The notes beneath the pieces were generated by a model that was given only the letters and a program-made list of their open reading frames with translations, was not told where the DNA came from and did not search any database. A program made the position numbers and the translations under genes. A stretch of 64,000 nt of DNA, taken from Balanoglossus misakiensis. Its lineage: Eukaryota; Animalia; Hemichordata. This document shows, in pieces, positions 20,970 through 34,119 of the stretch (positions within the stretch are counted from its first letter, which is position 1; each line of letters opens with the position of its first letter). The stretch covers positions 9,164,564-9,228,563 of the forward strand of contig CM082585.2 of the NCBI GenBank assembly GCA_040954595.2. Reading direction: 5' to 3'.

Positions 20970-22589
20970 ATCAGGATCGAACTTGCACCGTGCACGTGAG
21001 CTTTATCCCCACTTTCCTGAAACGGAGTGCGTGGTAACTATTGTAAAGGTGGACCTATATAAAGGGAACTGGGGTGAATATATGGGCTTTTGATTAATTC
21101 AGCATGTTTTAGAACGATATGGCAATTCAAACCTATTTTTAAAATCTAGGTTTGCAGTACCTTGCCAATTACCTCTCGGACTGACTTCACCATTAATATT
21201 TCATGCCCTCCAGATTGCCTTTCACTTTTCTCTGCTAAGTATACAATAAGAAGTCCTTAAAAATGAATTCATCTTATGCCTTGCAGATTGTTAGTTTTTA
21301 TACGAGAAACAGAAGAATATTTTCAAATACATTTTCATATTCACCCAGCTCGCCTGCATCGATGGTAACCAGCATATTTCCAATGCTCTTCCATCACACG
21401 GTCATTTCAGCTTATACCTGCCTCAGTTATGTTATAATTTTAGCCACTGAGAAAATTGGAACCCGGTGTCATCATATTGCTGCGTGTACGGTATAAGCGA
21501 GACAAAGAGGGGGGGGAGAGAGAGTGTGTGTGTGCATACATTTTGCTTATTATCTGGATGACTGGTTTGCATGGTACCATGGACTAGTCACCGACAGGTA
21601 AAGTGTGTTCGGGTATTTACGATGACAGTACGCGTGGGATGTGTGACCTTAAAAGGGGTGATGCACTGTTGAATGTTTTTCCTGGAGACCATTAGAAGAC
21701 TTCTAAAATAGATACTAGTACCTTAGTCTGTCACCGTGCTCTCGGTCACGTCTGAATGCCTATGCACGTCCCACGCAGATAATACGACAGAATGGCCATA
21801 AAACGCACAAGGACACATTGTGACGTCCGGTATTTCCGAGTAGAAATCACGTAGGCATATTGTAGGCGCACCTATTCACGTGCGCTTCGTGGCGGACCGG
21901 TGAACAATACCCTACCCACTAATTCAACATAAGCGCTGGCTTGACACCAACTCGTCGACCGAAAGCGAAAATGTGTGACCTGCTTGAGAAAAACAATAGT
22001 TTATTCCAGGCGAACTAATTCGGTTTCATCAAAAGTCGCGTGACATGCAAATATAGAACTGACTGAATGGTCCAGAACATGGCCGTGTTGGTTTTTTAAC
22101 ATGCATTAATTATGCACACCTGTTGAACACACAGATTTACATGTCTTCAAACATGCAGATCGGAAGGCTACGGTTTTTACCACAGTGTGTCATTAGAATA
22201 ATTGTCAATGATTTCACAACCGTACACAACAGTTCCTTTGTAATACTATTGTGTTTTTAAAATTGTCCTAACACGGTTTCCATGTAGAGGTACTTTAAGT
22301 TTTACCGAGACATGCGGAAGTTATAGAAAGTCGTAAACAAATCGCTGGTGCACAAAGGAGTTGACCCGGGAGTCACCGGATGACCTGACGTCACGGATTT
22401 TTCTCGGTATTCGGATTCCGATCGATACACCTCCGCAACTTTCCACCACTGTCGAATAAAAAGAGTTTTACCCATTATCCGAGCAACATCAGAGACTGGA
22501 GTGTCTGTCAAACATTCACTATCGCATTTCTTTGCAAACAGAAGCAAGCAGAAGACGTATTATCACCGAGTTGTGTATTTTATAGCGGC

Positions 22590-24180
22590 ATGGAGTACAA
22601 AATCGACATGGGACCCCAACAACCACCACCGCAGATGGTGACAGTCAATCCGCGTCTACAGCCCGTCATTATTGAAGACCCCGCTAGTATTAAAGGCAGA
22701 CCAAATTTCTCAGCAAGGACGTCCCGGTATCTTGGCATTTGCCAATTCTTCATCGGCATCATAGTGACATTGGTGGCGCTCATCTACATAAAAAGTGATC
22801 TCATGGCTACCAATTACGGTGAATTGGGATTAGGAATATTTGTAAGTGGAGCTCTGTTACTATTCATTCATTCATTCATCCGTCCGTTCGTTCGTTCATT
22901 TATTCATAACTTGGGGTTTTCCGCCCAAGGATGCACTCTGAGACTACAATAACATTATAGTACCGACCAGTAATGAATATGGATCGTCATTTTTTGATGT
23001 CAATTCACATTATCTTTTTATCTTTGTTTTTCAGTTTGCTATAACTGGAATCGTTGGTATCTGCGCTTCAATGACTAAAACAACTGCACTGGTATGTACT
23101 TATTTCAGTTCTCTGTTTTCAGTTTGTAATTTGAGAATGCAAGACACTTCCTGAGAATAATAGATTTCTCACACGAGTTGGGAAATATTTTGATAAAATA
23201 TCCTTGACGAGTGTCAGTGTGATACAAATCGATTCATGAGTTTTGTTTCTTTGCCTCCCACTATATCAGATCATGGCCACCATGGTGTGTTCAATGGTTT
23301 CAGCCGTTGGCGTAGTCTTTCTGATTCCTGGACCGATCATAAACCTCATGAAAATCAACGAATACGCAGAGAATATACAAGTCGTAAGTATTTTTGCCAG
23401 GCCCTGGGGCAAGAAAGGCCCTTTTTGCGCAACGAGAGCTGCCGGCCGGGAGAAAGACCACCTTTCGCCAAGACATTTTCCATGACCGATGTTTTGTGTA
23501 TTCTTCAATGGCGCTACCAAAATCTTGGAAAAATCCATTATTACTATGACAGTAATGTCAGTAATGTTTCTCTCCTCCTTTACAGCCGTCAGGGGTATAT
23601 TTTGTGTTTATTGTGGATTTATTTGTACAAGTCACCGAGTTTGTCATCGCTCCTGTTCATGTTGCGATTTGCTGTAAAGCTGTCTGTTGTCAACCGCAAA
23701 AACCAATTGTAAGTATGCAACATGAGGATTAAAAAATTACACGTTTTCCTTGCTGGGTTGTCTGTTTACACGGGTTCTTTAGAAGGGAGGGTCTGCGAAA
23801 TGAGTAAAAATGTTCAGTTTGAATTTGCAACGCGGTGTCCCAAGACGTCCGAGTGGCAAATGGTTTCTCGTTGTTGACGTCTGTTCTGTTTGCTATAGTT
23901 TTTTTTTCTACAGAATTTTAACCGGAAACAATCCCACAACTTTAACAGAAATCTTACACGTTATTTCACTGTATATTCTTGTTCTCTCCAGGTATACTAT
24001 CCAGGACGAGCTGGCCTGCCGAGCCACGAGACGGCGCCTTCAACAAACCAGCAGATGCATACGGATGCAGCAGCACCAGGTATGTATTCCCCATCCGAAA
24101 TATCAAACTTGTACTACAGTACACTCACCACCGGACAAGGGGCCGCATATAAGCAGAGAAAAGGGATCAGATGGGTTTGA
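22590..24180 (+). CDS. MS4A/CD20-like four-pass membrane protein (about 244 aa)
   Basis: Exons 22590-22841, 23035-23091, 23270-23383, 23586-23708, 23992-24180. Four hydrophobic helices (LGICQFFIGII.., GLGIFFAITGIVGICAS, IMATMVCSMVSA.., FIVDLFVQVTEFVIA..), a Pro/Gln-rich N-terminus and CCKAVCC after TM4. The last exon could alternatively splice 24079 to 24265. Confidence 0.8.
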
Positions 24181-25280
24181 AATGAGCTTTTTTATGAATT
24201 GAAACCGCTGGTATATTGTCGATGCCATATTGATTTATGTAGGTACTTACATTGTGTCTTCCAGGCTGTCGATAAAAGGTCACAATCCTTGACAGAGTTC
24301 AAATGGGAACCGTGTCTTGCTGCTGGCATGAACTTTACACAGATCACCAGGCACCTGAATGAAAGAAGTGCAAAAAAAACTCTTTATCATGGCACCACAG
24401 TTCAAATCTGTGAAGAAGACACACCTCAGCCGAAAGGAATGTTTAATTTCACTGACTGACTGTTCAGGTCACGAGGTTTATTTATTAAATTGATTGAAAT
24501 GAATTTTTCTAAGAGTACTGAGCTGTAAAGGCCCTTTGTACAGAAACAGCTGTCAAGCAGCCGAGTTTATGTTTACAATGGACATTATTCAAGAAATGAC
24601 TTTATTTCCATTACGCACATGTAATTACTTTAAATGTATTTACAGACATACATACATACAAACACACATGCATGCATACATACATGCATGCATGCATTTA
24701 CGCTATATATATTAATTATGCTGTATATAATACATGTTAACATATTTTTGTAAAAAAAAAATACACCTATGAATAAAATATTAATAAATAAGTGCATCAT
24801 TCAAAAGGAGTCAATTTTGTAATTTCACATAATCACTTTATTTACTTTCAGTTACCAAGACTAAACATAAAAGTAAAATCGGTATACAGTACATGTATAT
24901 GGAAATACAAATTTGTACATTCATTCAGTCCAATTTTGATTCAAGCATACCTCTGTACAAACTTGTGCGGTGGGATTTCTGTGATATTTTGCTGTCCTTA
25001 ATCTATCGCCATAGTCCGGTACAAGTCATAGAAATAAAAGGCTTCTTGCCATTAGGTTTCAAGTACTTTGTGTACTGTAGGTGTTATTTGAAATCAAATT
25101 TCAAAATCCAATCTTTATATATGGCACTATGAAACTTATTTTCAATGACTTGAAAATATCTGTGTATTATCATAGAAAGTAGTACTGTCTATGGTAGTAT
25201 GAACCCCACTGATGGGACATCTGTGCCACCTGGAGGTAAGATATCAAAGACATCCGCAATGGCCGTTGCGTTGTTTTAGG

Positions 25281-26607
25281 TCATTTAATGCCCCCTCTGT
25301 GCTTTCCTGGTGTCACCTTGTAAATGACCGAGTCCAGCTTGGTTGTCTGGTCATCATAGCTGTTCGAGAACATCACCATGACCGTTCCATTCATCTGGAA
25401 GGTGTGGCAGGAGTAGGCCCCGTGGGTGGCAATGTCCAGCAGGTGGGTCACCGTTTCGCCATCTTTGACGACGTCGACCGAGGATTTTACATTGTACGTG
25501 TTTCCGTCGTAATAGTTGGAGAGCACGAGGTAGAGCGCTTTGTCGACGGTGAACGGGCACATCATGGTGGTCCCTTCTGAAGGGATTGTGGTGGACTTCA
25601 CGAACGTGTTGTTCTGCCACACAAACATCGGCGACTTCTGATTGTACACCTCGTCGACTTCGTATATGACGTCGATCAGGTACAACGTGCCGCTCATGAG
25701 CACGGGGACTGTCGCCCACGACCCGTAGTCGGTCCCCGGCAATGTCTGATGGCTCTCAAACTTATCCGCTTCGGCGCTCCACACGTAGACTTCGGATTTA
25801 GCGACGTAATTCGCCACGGCGAGGTAGGTTGTGTTCTGCCATGTGAAGGGAGCAAAATGATGGGCGCCGTTGGTGGCGATGTCTTGATAATGAGCGAACT
25901 GCTTCTGAGCGGGATCCCAGACATACAGAGTACTGTTCACATCGTATCTGATGCCATCGTAGGAGTTTGCAAGGGCGAGGAAATGCAGAGTTTCATTTTT
26001 CGACGACTTTGCGGTAAAGTGCTCCCAGTCAAACCCGCCTTTGGACTGGAACTTCTGAAAGTTCTGGAACTGCTGCGTGGTGCCGTTCCACTTCAGTACG
26101 GGCGAGTTCGTGGTGTACTGCGTCCCGTCCGTCAGCTTGGCGATGGCCAGGAAGTACTGGCCGTCAACTTCGAAGAATTTCGCCGCGTTCGCGTTGTTCA
26201 CCTTTATCTGCTGGGCGAGCACAAACTTGCCGCCTTTGAAGCGGTACACGTTGCACTGCGTGTCATAGTTGACAACGGCCAGGAACCGCTGACTGTTTAT
26301 CGAGAAACTGTGAGCCCTTCTCGCTGACGATGTCTCAATCTTCTGAAAAGGCTCCAGGGTGACTTGCACTGGAGAGACAATTTATACTATAGTAAGGTAC
26401 TGTGTGAGCTAAGGTACTACAACTGCAGCCCAGTGCTGGACCACAGAGTGACACAGACGTACATCTACAACTTGCACAAGGAAGGAGGGGTCCAGAGTCT
26501 TACTCACCATTATGTGCTTCGGAAGATATGTCGGCAATAGACGCGACTGAATTTGTCCAGTTTATGAACAGTCCGATGACCACAAATACGAGCAAATTCG
26601 AGGCCAT
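25281..26607 (-). CDS. Secreted EAR/EPTP-repeat seven-bladed beta-propeller protein (TSPEAR/LGI-type propeller alone; 395 aa)
   Basis: Exon 1 26607-26508 encodes a signal peptide (MASNLLVFVVIGLFINWTNSVAS). A phase-1 intron precedes exon 2, 26368-25281, which has seven repeats of the type Q-x-I-x-T-x-GA..F..FLAVAN..S-x-VYxW. Confidence 0.87.
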
Positions 26608-27177
26608 CTTTCATTCCGCGTGATAAGTACAACAAAGCTGTAGACTGATCAGATTCTCTGGACTTGTGAAGCTGGAAGTTGAAGGGGTGGTGGCAACAAA
26701 CAAGCATGTGACTTGCCGTCATGTGACTTGCATTGTGTCAGGTGACTTGCATGACCTCACATGACCGTACAGATCTACGTTCGCATAGCATGCATAGAGG
26801 CGACAAAAACCCATGTCCCGCCGTTGGTGTCTCCCTCTCCCTAAGTTTGCAAATTAGGAGCTCGAGTGTACTTTCAAAACGTACGATATAATCTTATCTA
26901 TCACCGAATCATTGGATGGAATTATGATACAGCTACCGTCACGTGCATGTCATGTGTTGAATGACGTAACGGGATTGGGAACTATTTGGGGACAATTGCA
27001 TGATTCGGATTAAAAACGCGTAAAGGGGCTGAATAGTACATATGCATGCGCCCCAAACCTGCTTCTCTCACAAACTTTTCGTATACAATCATTCCAAAAC
27101 ACATTCAGTGGTTATCATTGAATTAGTGCTTACATGCATGTACAACTGAAAAGTATATTGAGTGGCGATGACAAGTT

Positions 27178-27296
27178 TCTGTCTGCCTGCCTTCCTGCCT
27201 GCCTGACTGTCTGTCTGTCTGCCTGTCTGATTTTCAGTGCCTTCTATAATGCAATAACCCCCACCCACCCACCCACCCACCCACCCCCCCCCCCCC
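27178..27296 (+). repeat. Compound simple repeats (CTGC/CTGT)n, (CCCA)n and poly-C
   Basis: Directly visible in the sequence. Confidence 0.85.
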
Positions 27297-28928
27297 ATTC
27301 CGTACAAACTCCAACATAAAGGCTTATGAGCACTTTGTCGGGAACACTTCCAAGACAAATATTGACCACAATTTGTGTAAAATATGCATACTACTTTAAA
27401 ACACTTAAGCTTACAATTACGATGGTGTTTTGTTTAAGCAGTTAATTCTGATGACCCAGAGTTTATTGAAGAGAATGTACTGAATTCGCGGTTCAAAGGT
27501 AAGGCGTTCACGCAAAGTGTCACACGCGTGTCTGCATGGCTGTTATTGGGAACGCTTCCATTGTTGCTATTCTTATCTTGTGACGTCACTGATTTGCGTT
27601 TCACATGGACTCGGCGAAAATATATTGTTCCGCACTATGTATTTAAAGCGGTCGCTGTCCCTGAATCGATGTCACTGGAGGCGTGGGATAGAGGCCAGCG
27701 CTGTCTTCGACAAGAAAGACCGAATTGCTACCGCTTGATGTCAGACCTGTGAACGATTCCCGCCAAAGAATCCTCCATTCTTGTTTTTTTCTTCTTCTGA
27801 GGACAGGTGAGTGTTTTGAGCGTATAGCAAGTTACTTTTGCTGATGATCGCAGTTTCTTTGATGTTTTCCGGCTTCCCCGGTGTCTTGGAGAATAGGTGT
27901 TTGACTTGGCAACTCAGCCCACGCTTGGCAACTGATTTTTTTTAAGTCCGGACTTGAAATTCTGTTGCCCTCAGTAACTATGCACATGGCGGATACACAG
28001 TCTGTATTGACATGCATGCCTAGTGCATAGCATGCGCTGTTTGCTTCAACTTTTGGAGATAGAAAAAAAATAGAGAAAGTGGAATAATTATAAGTTGTCG
28101 AAACGAACAATCTTGGGACAATGTGGTCAACCAAAATCCGTTCTTGTTTTCAATGCTGACTGTGATAAATAATTGAAATGTCAAATGAAAGAAATTTAAC
28201 TTGGCCTGTACTTCGATGGACCAGTCGTCATGTTACTGTGTAATCTCTCTGCCTTACCCCAACCCAACCCACATACGCGCGCGTGTTTTTGATCACAGAA
28301 ACTATTAATCAACTGTCAATCTTTGCACGCACACGCAGCGATCACGCATAATATGTATGTGTGTAGTACCTGTCAGTGCCTTTAATGTTCTGCAACACTT
28401 CAAGTTCGTATTATCAAGGTCACCCGTTTTACGGTCACTCGCTTTGAGTTCAATGTGACACTGACATTGAACAGGTCGTCAAATTGGGTTAATTTATTTT
28501 ACGCAAACAAGCATACTATTGTTATGATATTTTCTAGCCTGTATATACGAAGCATCGAAAGAATACTCGTGGTGTTATCATGTGGTTGTTCAGCTGGCTA
28601 CCAGAGGCTGTCTTATGACAGGGCCGTCATGTTCCGGAACACACTTCTTCAAAAGCATTATCATGGTCACCCTTTATCAAACTTACGTCACTCACTTTTT
28701 CAGTCAGCTCATAGACCCTGAAGGAAGTGACTGGTCGGTCCCTGAATTCTCTGTTGTCGCACCGTGACTCAGAGGTGAGGCCGGGTGCGCTTTAGCCACC
28801 ACGACCGTCGGCGTGTGAGGGCGTCATGATGTGGTTTTTAATTTCAAAAGAGCAGCGCGAGGGTGCTGTGCTTTCATTCGTCCGCACGGTTTTGTCTCAA
28901 CAGGTGCTACCACTTCGAACGGTTAAGA

Positions 28929-30077
28929 ATGGCTCAGACTGTAGACAGTGAAACTGGTGACGTTGTCTTGGTTACTGGCGGGTCCGGATGTCTCGGCCAG
29001 CACGTCACGTATCTTCTGCTGACCAGGTGCGAAGGTATCGCTGAGGTCGTCACCGCCGACACGCAGCCGTTCACCTGGGCGACGGGGATGACGCCGCCAC
29101 CGACCGTGACGACGAAGCTCCGCCACGTACTGTGCGATCTGACGAGGTACGAAGAAGTCGACCGCGTCTGCCGGAGCCAGCGCTTCGACGTCGTCTTCAA
29201 CACGGCGGGGTATGTCGACATCGGCACGGCCCAGGACAAGAAGAAGATGTTCGCCGTGAACGTGAAAGCCGTCGAGAATATCATCAGGGCGTGCGTCGTT
29301 AACAACATCGGATACCTGGTGCACACAAGTAGTCAGGATGTCGCTGTCGGCTTTGAGCCGATTCGCAACGTGGACGACGCGACGGCGAAAGTGCCAGAGA
29401 AGTTCCTGTACTACTACGCGAAGTCTAAACACGAAGGCGAGAGGGCCGCTCTGGACGCCAACAGTGCGGCTTTGAGAAGCGGCGGCTCGCTGAAGACCAT
29501 CGCCCTGCGCCCGTGTCCGATGTACGGCGAGGGCGACAGACACTGCATCACTTCGGGCATCCGCTCGGCGGCTCACAGCAGAAACGGCGTCTTGCCGCGT
29601 TGCGGGGACCCGTCCGCCCTCTTCCAGGAGGCTTACGCGGGCAACGTCGCCTGGGGTCACATTCTGGCGATGCGAAAACTGAAGGAGACCGCGAAACCCT
29701 TGCCAGACGCCGCCACCATCTCCCCAAACCCCGTCGACGGGAAAGCTTTCTTCCTCATGGACGACACCCCTGTACAAAACATGTTCGACTTCAGCAAACC
29801 TTACCTGGAAGCTTGCGGCCACAAACTGTCGGACTACGTAATTCCATACTGGCTAATGTTCACCCTAGCCCTTGTTCTGGAAGTCGTGGCGTTCCTCCTG
29901 AAACCCATTAAACGGATTGATATCCAACTAAGCAGGGCAGCTCTCTACTACATGCGATACGACCACTACTTCAACTACAGCGGGGCGAAAATGCACCTCG
30001 ACTATCGACCGATCTACTCTCCCGAAGAAGCACAATCGCGCAGCATGGTATTTTATCGAAGCTTGAAATTTGACTGA
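28929..30077 (+). CDS. 3-beta-hydroxysteroid dehydrogenase/isomerase-like extended SDR (382 aa), intronless CDS
   Basis: VLVTGGSGCLG nucleotide-binding motif, HTSS, catalytic YAKSK, LRPCPMYGEGD, YAGNVAWGH and a C-terminal hydrophobic helix. A splice acceptor (caacag, ending 28903) just upstream of the ATG implies 5'UTR exons, with candidate donors near 27806 and 28774. Confidence 0.92.
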   Translation: MAQTVDSETGDVVLVTGGSGCLGQHVTYLLLTRCEGIAEVVTADTQPFTWATGMTPPPTVTTKLRHVLCDLTRYEEVDRVCRSQRFDVVFNTAGYVDIGTAQDKKKMFAVNVKAVENIIRACVVNNIGYLVHTSSQDVAVGFEPIRNVDDATAKVPEKFLYYYAKSKHEGERAALDANSAALRSGGSLKTIALRPCPMYGEGDRHCITSGIRSAAHSRNGVLPRCGDPSALFQEAYAGNVAWGHILAMRKLKETAKPLPDAATISPNPVDGKAFFLMDDTPVQNMFDFSKPYLEACGHKLSDYVIPYWLMFTLALVLEVVAFLLKPIKRIDIQLSRAALYYMRYDHYFNYSGAKMHLDYRPIYSPEEAQSRSMVFYRSLKFD

Positions 30078-33000
30078 ATGAAACCCCGAATGCATCACTT
30101 TTACGAGTGACGTCTTCATAACCCCCACCCAAGTCAGCGTGTGTGCAGTACAACTTTAAATTTTCTACAACCCCCTACTTTTCACAGGGACTGCGTAAGC
30201 CGTTTTTATGCAACGGAAACCACCAAGATAGCGATTGCTAGCAAGACGAAGAATATATTCTTACTGACATAGCCAGTAATGTAACGAGAGTTGACGATGG
30301 TTATATGTGTGAGATGGGACGGAGGGGGTGGGTGGGACGGCGGTACACGTGCAGGACTGTCACATGGACTACACAAGCCTTTGGGAGGGAATAAGCCTAT
30401 GTAATATTGCGAGGTGTTTTCTCCTGGTCATGGTTCGACAAAAACTTTATTGATCTCCCAGCAATTATCAGGGACCCTTTTTTTTGCATCCGTGACGTAT
30501 TTTATCCATTGACGCGTGAAAGTGGGTCACAGTGACCTCTCAATTATTAGCATAGTATAGGAGGTTATGTAAGGCAACTTACTATTTTTAAACACAACAG
30601 ACTACCGCACAATTTTAGCATTTTAAACCCTAGGCCCTGTTACAAGGGTTATGACATATGTAATAACGTTAACCTATAAAATAAGTACATGTACTCCATG
30701 TTGGAGTTCGAGTCCGCTAATTTCTCTGTTTTAAGGAGAAACAATAAAGTTCTGATTTTTATGAATGTACTTTGAAACATGCAATCACTTTCGAACGGTG
30801 AAGTATTCAGACTTCGGAGCTTGGGTGCCCCATCCGGGTGATTTGCAATTCAAAAGTCGATAACAATGTGTTCACCTCTCACCACTTTTCGTATTGGTTG
30901 AGGTGCTGGTGGGCGGGGCTTGACTATTAACAATAGAAGAGATCCAACAGGTGTCTGTGGTATATACTAGTACATGTATATGTAAGCATGGAGGTAATAT
31001 TCCAATGAACAGCTACATAATAGGTAATAAATCTCTTTTTGAGAAGAAAACTATCCAAGCCATACATTCAACGTCCCCGTCACGGTCATTTTGTGGTGGG
31101 TGTCCGTGTTCCCGAAAGTATGACCGCGGTCACTCCGCAAATGACCAATGATGACGTCGTACGGCCCCTCGGACCAGTTCAGCCAGGCATGGACCCATTG
31201 AAAGATTGGCGGTCAATCACGTGCAAAGCAGGTGATGTTGGCGTGGCTGATTGCTCTTCTCAAAGTCCCGTGATAGTCACCTGTACCTCACGCCACGATG
31301 CGTACAAACTGCAGGCCTTGCGCATGTGTCAATGTAGTGTACATCTGCTACTTGTACTAGCTAGTACATGTATGTCAAACACGAAGATAACGCATTTCTT
31401 CACTCTATTACGAATCATAACAATTTTTTTTAAATATACAATTGTTCCTAACATCTAACGAAGTGGGTAATGCACTAAATGAAAAACGCGCAGGGCCTTG
31501 CAATATTCTGAAGAAGAACGAGGAAGCAAAAAAAGCTGAGTGACAGGTAATCTTTTCGCCGTTGGGTACGGTACAACCAGTAAAGAGGGGTCAGTTTGAG
31601 TTCTTTTGTCGCCAAGGGCCCAAAAACAGGGTGATACGGCTTTATAAGGGTGTCCAAGAGTCCCTTCATGATGGAGCTTTTCAACTATACTCGGTAAGTG
31701 ATTACTCGAGTTGACCGTATCAGGGCAAAATCAATTCCTACGTGACGTGGTGAAGGGTTTATATGTCTTGGTCAGAAGCTTCTGAGTCATCGCCGTCTAC
31801 GATTGACACCGTGATAGTACATTAGTCCCAGTGACTCAGCAGAAAGGGGGAACAATGGAAACAGAGAAATGTAAGAACTGCGGGCAGACTTGTAAACGCT
31901 TTCCTCGTAATGGTCATTGTCCCCTCGACAGAACGTATCTTGGTTTAAGGGACAGACCATTTGAGATTGAGGGACTGAAGGAAATGGATATAAGAATGCA
32001 TTTCAAGCCATTTTTATACCACACCAATGCTTGTGATGTATTGCACATGCACAGGAATCACACTTACTGTAGCCTAATTCAACATGTAAATATTTCTTAT
32101 TTGTGATTCCTTTGCCTGTGATGTACTGCATGAGCAGCCGATAAAAACGCCGACAAAGGGCCGCTGATTTTGTGCGTGCTACTCTCACGTAGACGTGGTA
32201 GATATCTAGCGTTAAGAGACATTCGTAATTATCTCTCTTCCTCGCATATACGATTGCTATAGCTACACAAATCGCGTTGCCCAATGGGGCCTTAGAAGAA
32301 AGAAACTGTTTAGATAACAGCAAAGAAACTTATTACAATTTCTTGGGGTTGTGCAGGAAACAAGAGTTTGCGGCGGTTTCGTTGGTAGAGGGCGCACACT
32401 AATGACGTCATTTGAATATATTTCTTGAAACACCGTGTCGTCTGCTACTCGTCGTCTGCTGTGTCAAATGTTTGCAGGATTTGCTATTTATCACCTGAGA
32501 CACACCGAGAAATAGGCGTTTGTACGGTTTTTATGTAACGCTCATGGATATACATTATCAAGAGGAAAGGAATTTGTGGATATCCCTGGCTCATGGATGT
32601 GTGCTTTCCTAGGAAATATACATGTGCGCGATTGTGCAGTGAAGAACGCTATTCTCGGGTATGTTCTAGACATTTTGGTGGACACAGTGGGCCTCAACGC
32701 TTTCTTGGACCACTACCGGGACACAAATGAAAGCCCAGTGCACACGGTTAGTGTAACTTTCACATTTGTTTCCACCACACAGGCACAGACGTAGTGATAT
32801 TGACATGTCCACAGTCCCTCTGATAGTAGCACTGTGACAAGTTGAAATATACCTAGGCTTGTGCGACTATCGTCTTTTCGAGAAAGGGTTGAGTTGTGGC
32901 ACAACGCCTACACTTCCTTCTTTCTTGAGTAGCTATGGCATAAATGATATAATATATGATTTTTTTATTTAATGTCTTTGATTACTGTTGTAACAAAGCT

Positions 33001-34027
33001 ATGGTATATACTCTTGATTTTGCTGTCTGCAGAACTACGATGCTAGAATATATCTGCTACTTCTACATCGCTACATTTACATTAAAATACGGTTACAATC
33101 CACACGGGGGAGAATTCTATTTATGCAAAAATAGGGTACAAAAATTATCCATACTGATGAAATTCTGAAATAGGCATATAAAAAGGCAAGTTTTCAAAAG
33201 AGATGTGCACATTGCTATAACAGACCATTTTAGCGTGATGCTGCCAAGATGCTGTAACTTTCTGAAAAATGGATCACATCATAATCTGCAGTTTCCCCCT
33301 AAAACGGAAAGCAAGTTACAAAATTGAAGAATTTTCAAATTATTGCCGATTGACATGAATGATACATGATTGGTATTAATCTGCAGGATGTTTGAATGAT
33401 CATAAGACTGTAATTGGCTCACATGAATCATAAATACTGTGATTGGCTGACTTCATGTTATGTATCGATAATTCATTTTGATATGCTGATGCCTAGTCAT
33501 ACAGCATTGAAATGTCTGATGAGAGTTAAAAAAACGACAAATACTGCCTCCAAACGGGAAGAACTTTTTTTCCTGACTACAGTAAGTACAAAGCATACAA
33601 GGTAGATAGGTACGACACAAAGTAAGAGCTGTACAGGGCATTATTGCATATATCATTTATTTGTAAAATTTATGCGTTTATGACATCTGATCCCTGCCCC
33701 AATTGAATGAACCACTCTTTCTTATTCAATTATATGTTGCATTATGCATTGTTACCCTCAAAGTGATCATAGTGGTAAATGTGGGCACCTGTTAATAGAC
33801 ACCTGGTACTTACATCTACTAGTTCACAGTTAGGGGGGATGAGTTTCTGCAGTCTATGATCCAATCATAAACTGGGGGGGGGGGGGGAACATTTTCTCAA
33901 ATTCTAATATCATATGCTGCAATTAGACAAGGTTATGAGCTGTGCTATTTCTATAATACAAGTTAAGCGCATAATGGTTAAATTGCTGTGAGGTTTATAA
34001 TAAACTTCGTCCCAAAAACAATCTAGA

Positions 34028-34119
34028 TTAAACCCTTTCAACCCCAGTTCCTTCCAGAGGTCCAACTTCACCATAGAAAACAATGGATTTGGACCAAACC
34101 ATAGTGGTGAAAGGGTTAA
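34028..34119 (+). mobile_element. MITE family A copy
   Basis: TTAAACCCTTTCAACCCCAGTTCC...GGTGAAAGGGTTAA, downstream of the PAK stop codon. Confidence 0.8.

Noticed and set aside
25749-26327. 192-aa plus-strand ORF and other overlapping ORFs at 25.2-26.3 kb
   Set aside because: Antisense or alternate frames of the EAR exon.
27528-27752. 74-aa ORF with a signal-peptide-like hydrophobic start
   Set aside because: It starts at GTG, not ATG, and lies in the probable promoter/5'UTR of the SDR gene; no other support.
28923-29822. 299-aa antisense ORF over the 3-beta-HSD-like gene
   Set aside because: Shadow of a GC3-rich sense CDS; it has no protein-like features of its own.
30700-30720. GTTCGAGTCC resembling a tRNA T-loop/B box
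   Set aside because: No cloverleaf, A box or acceptor stem around it.
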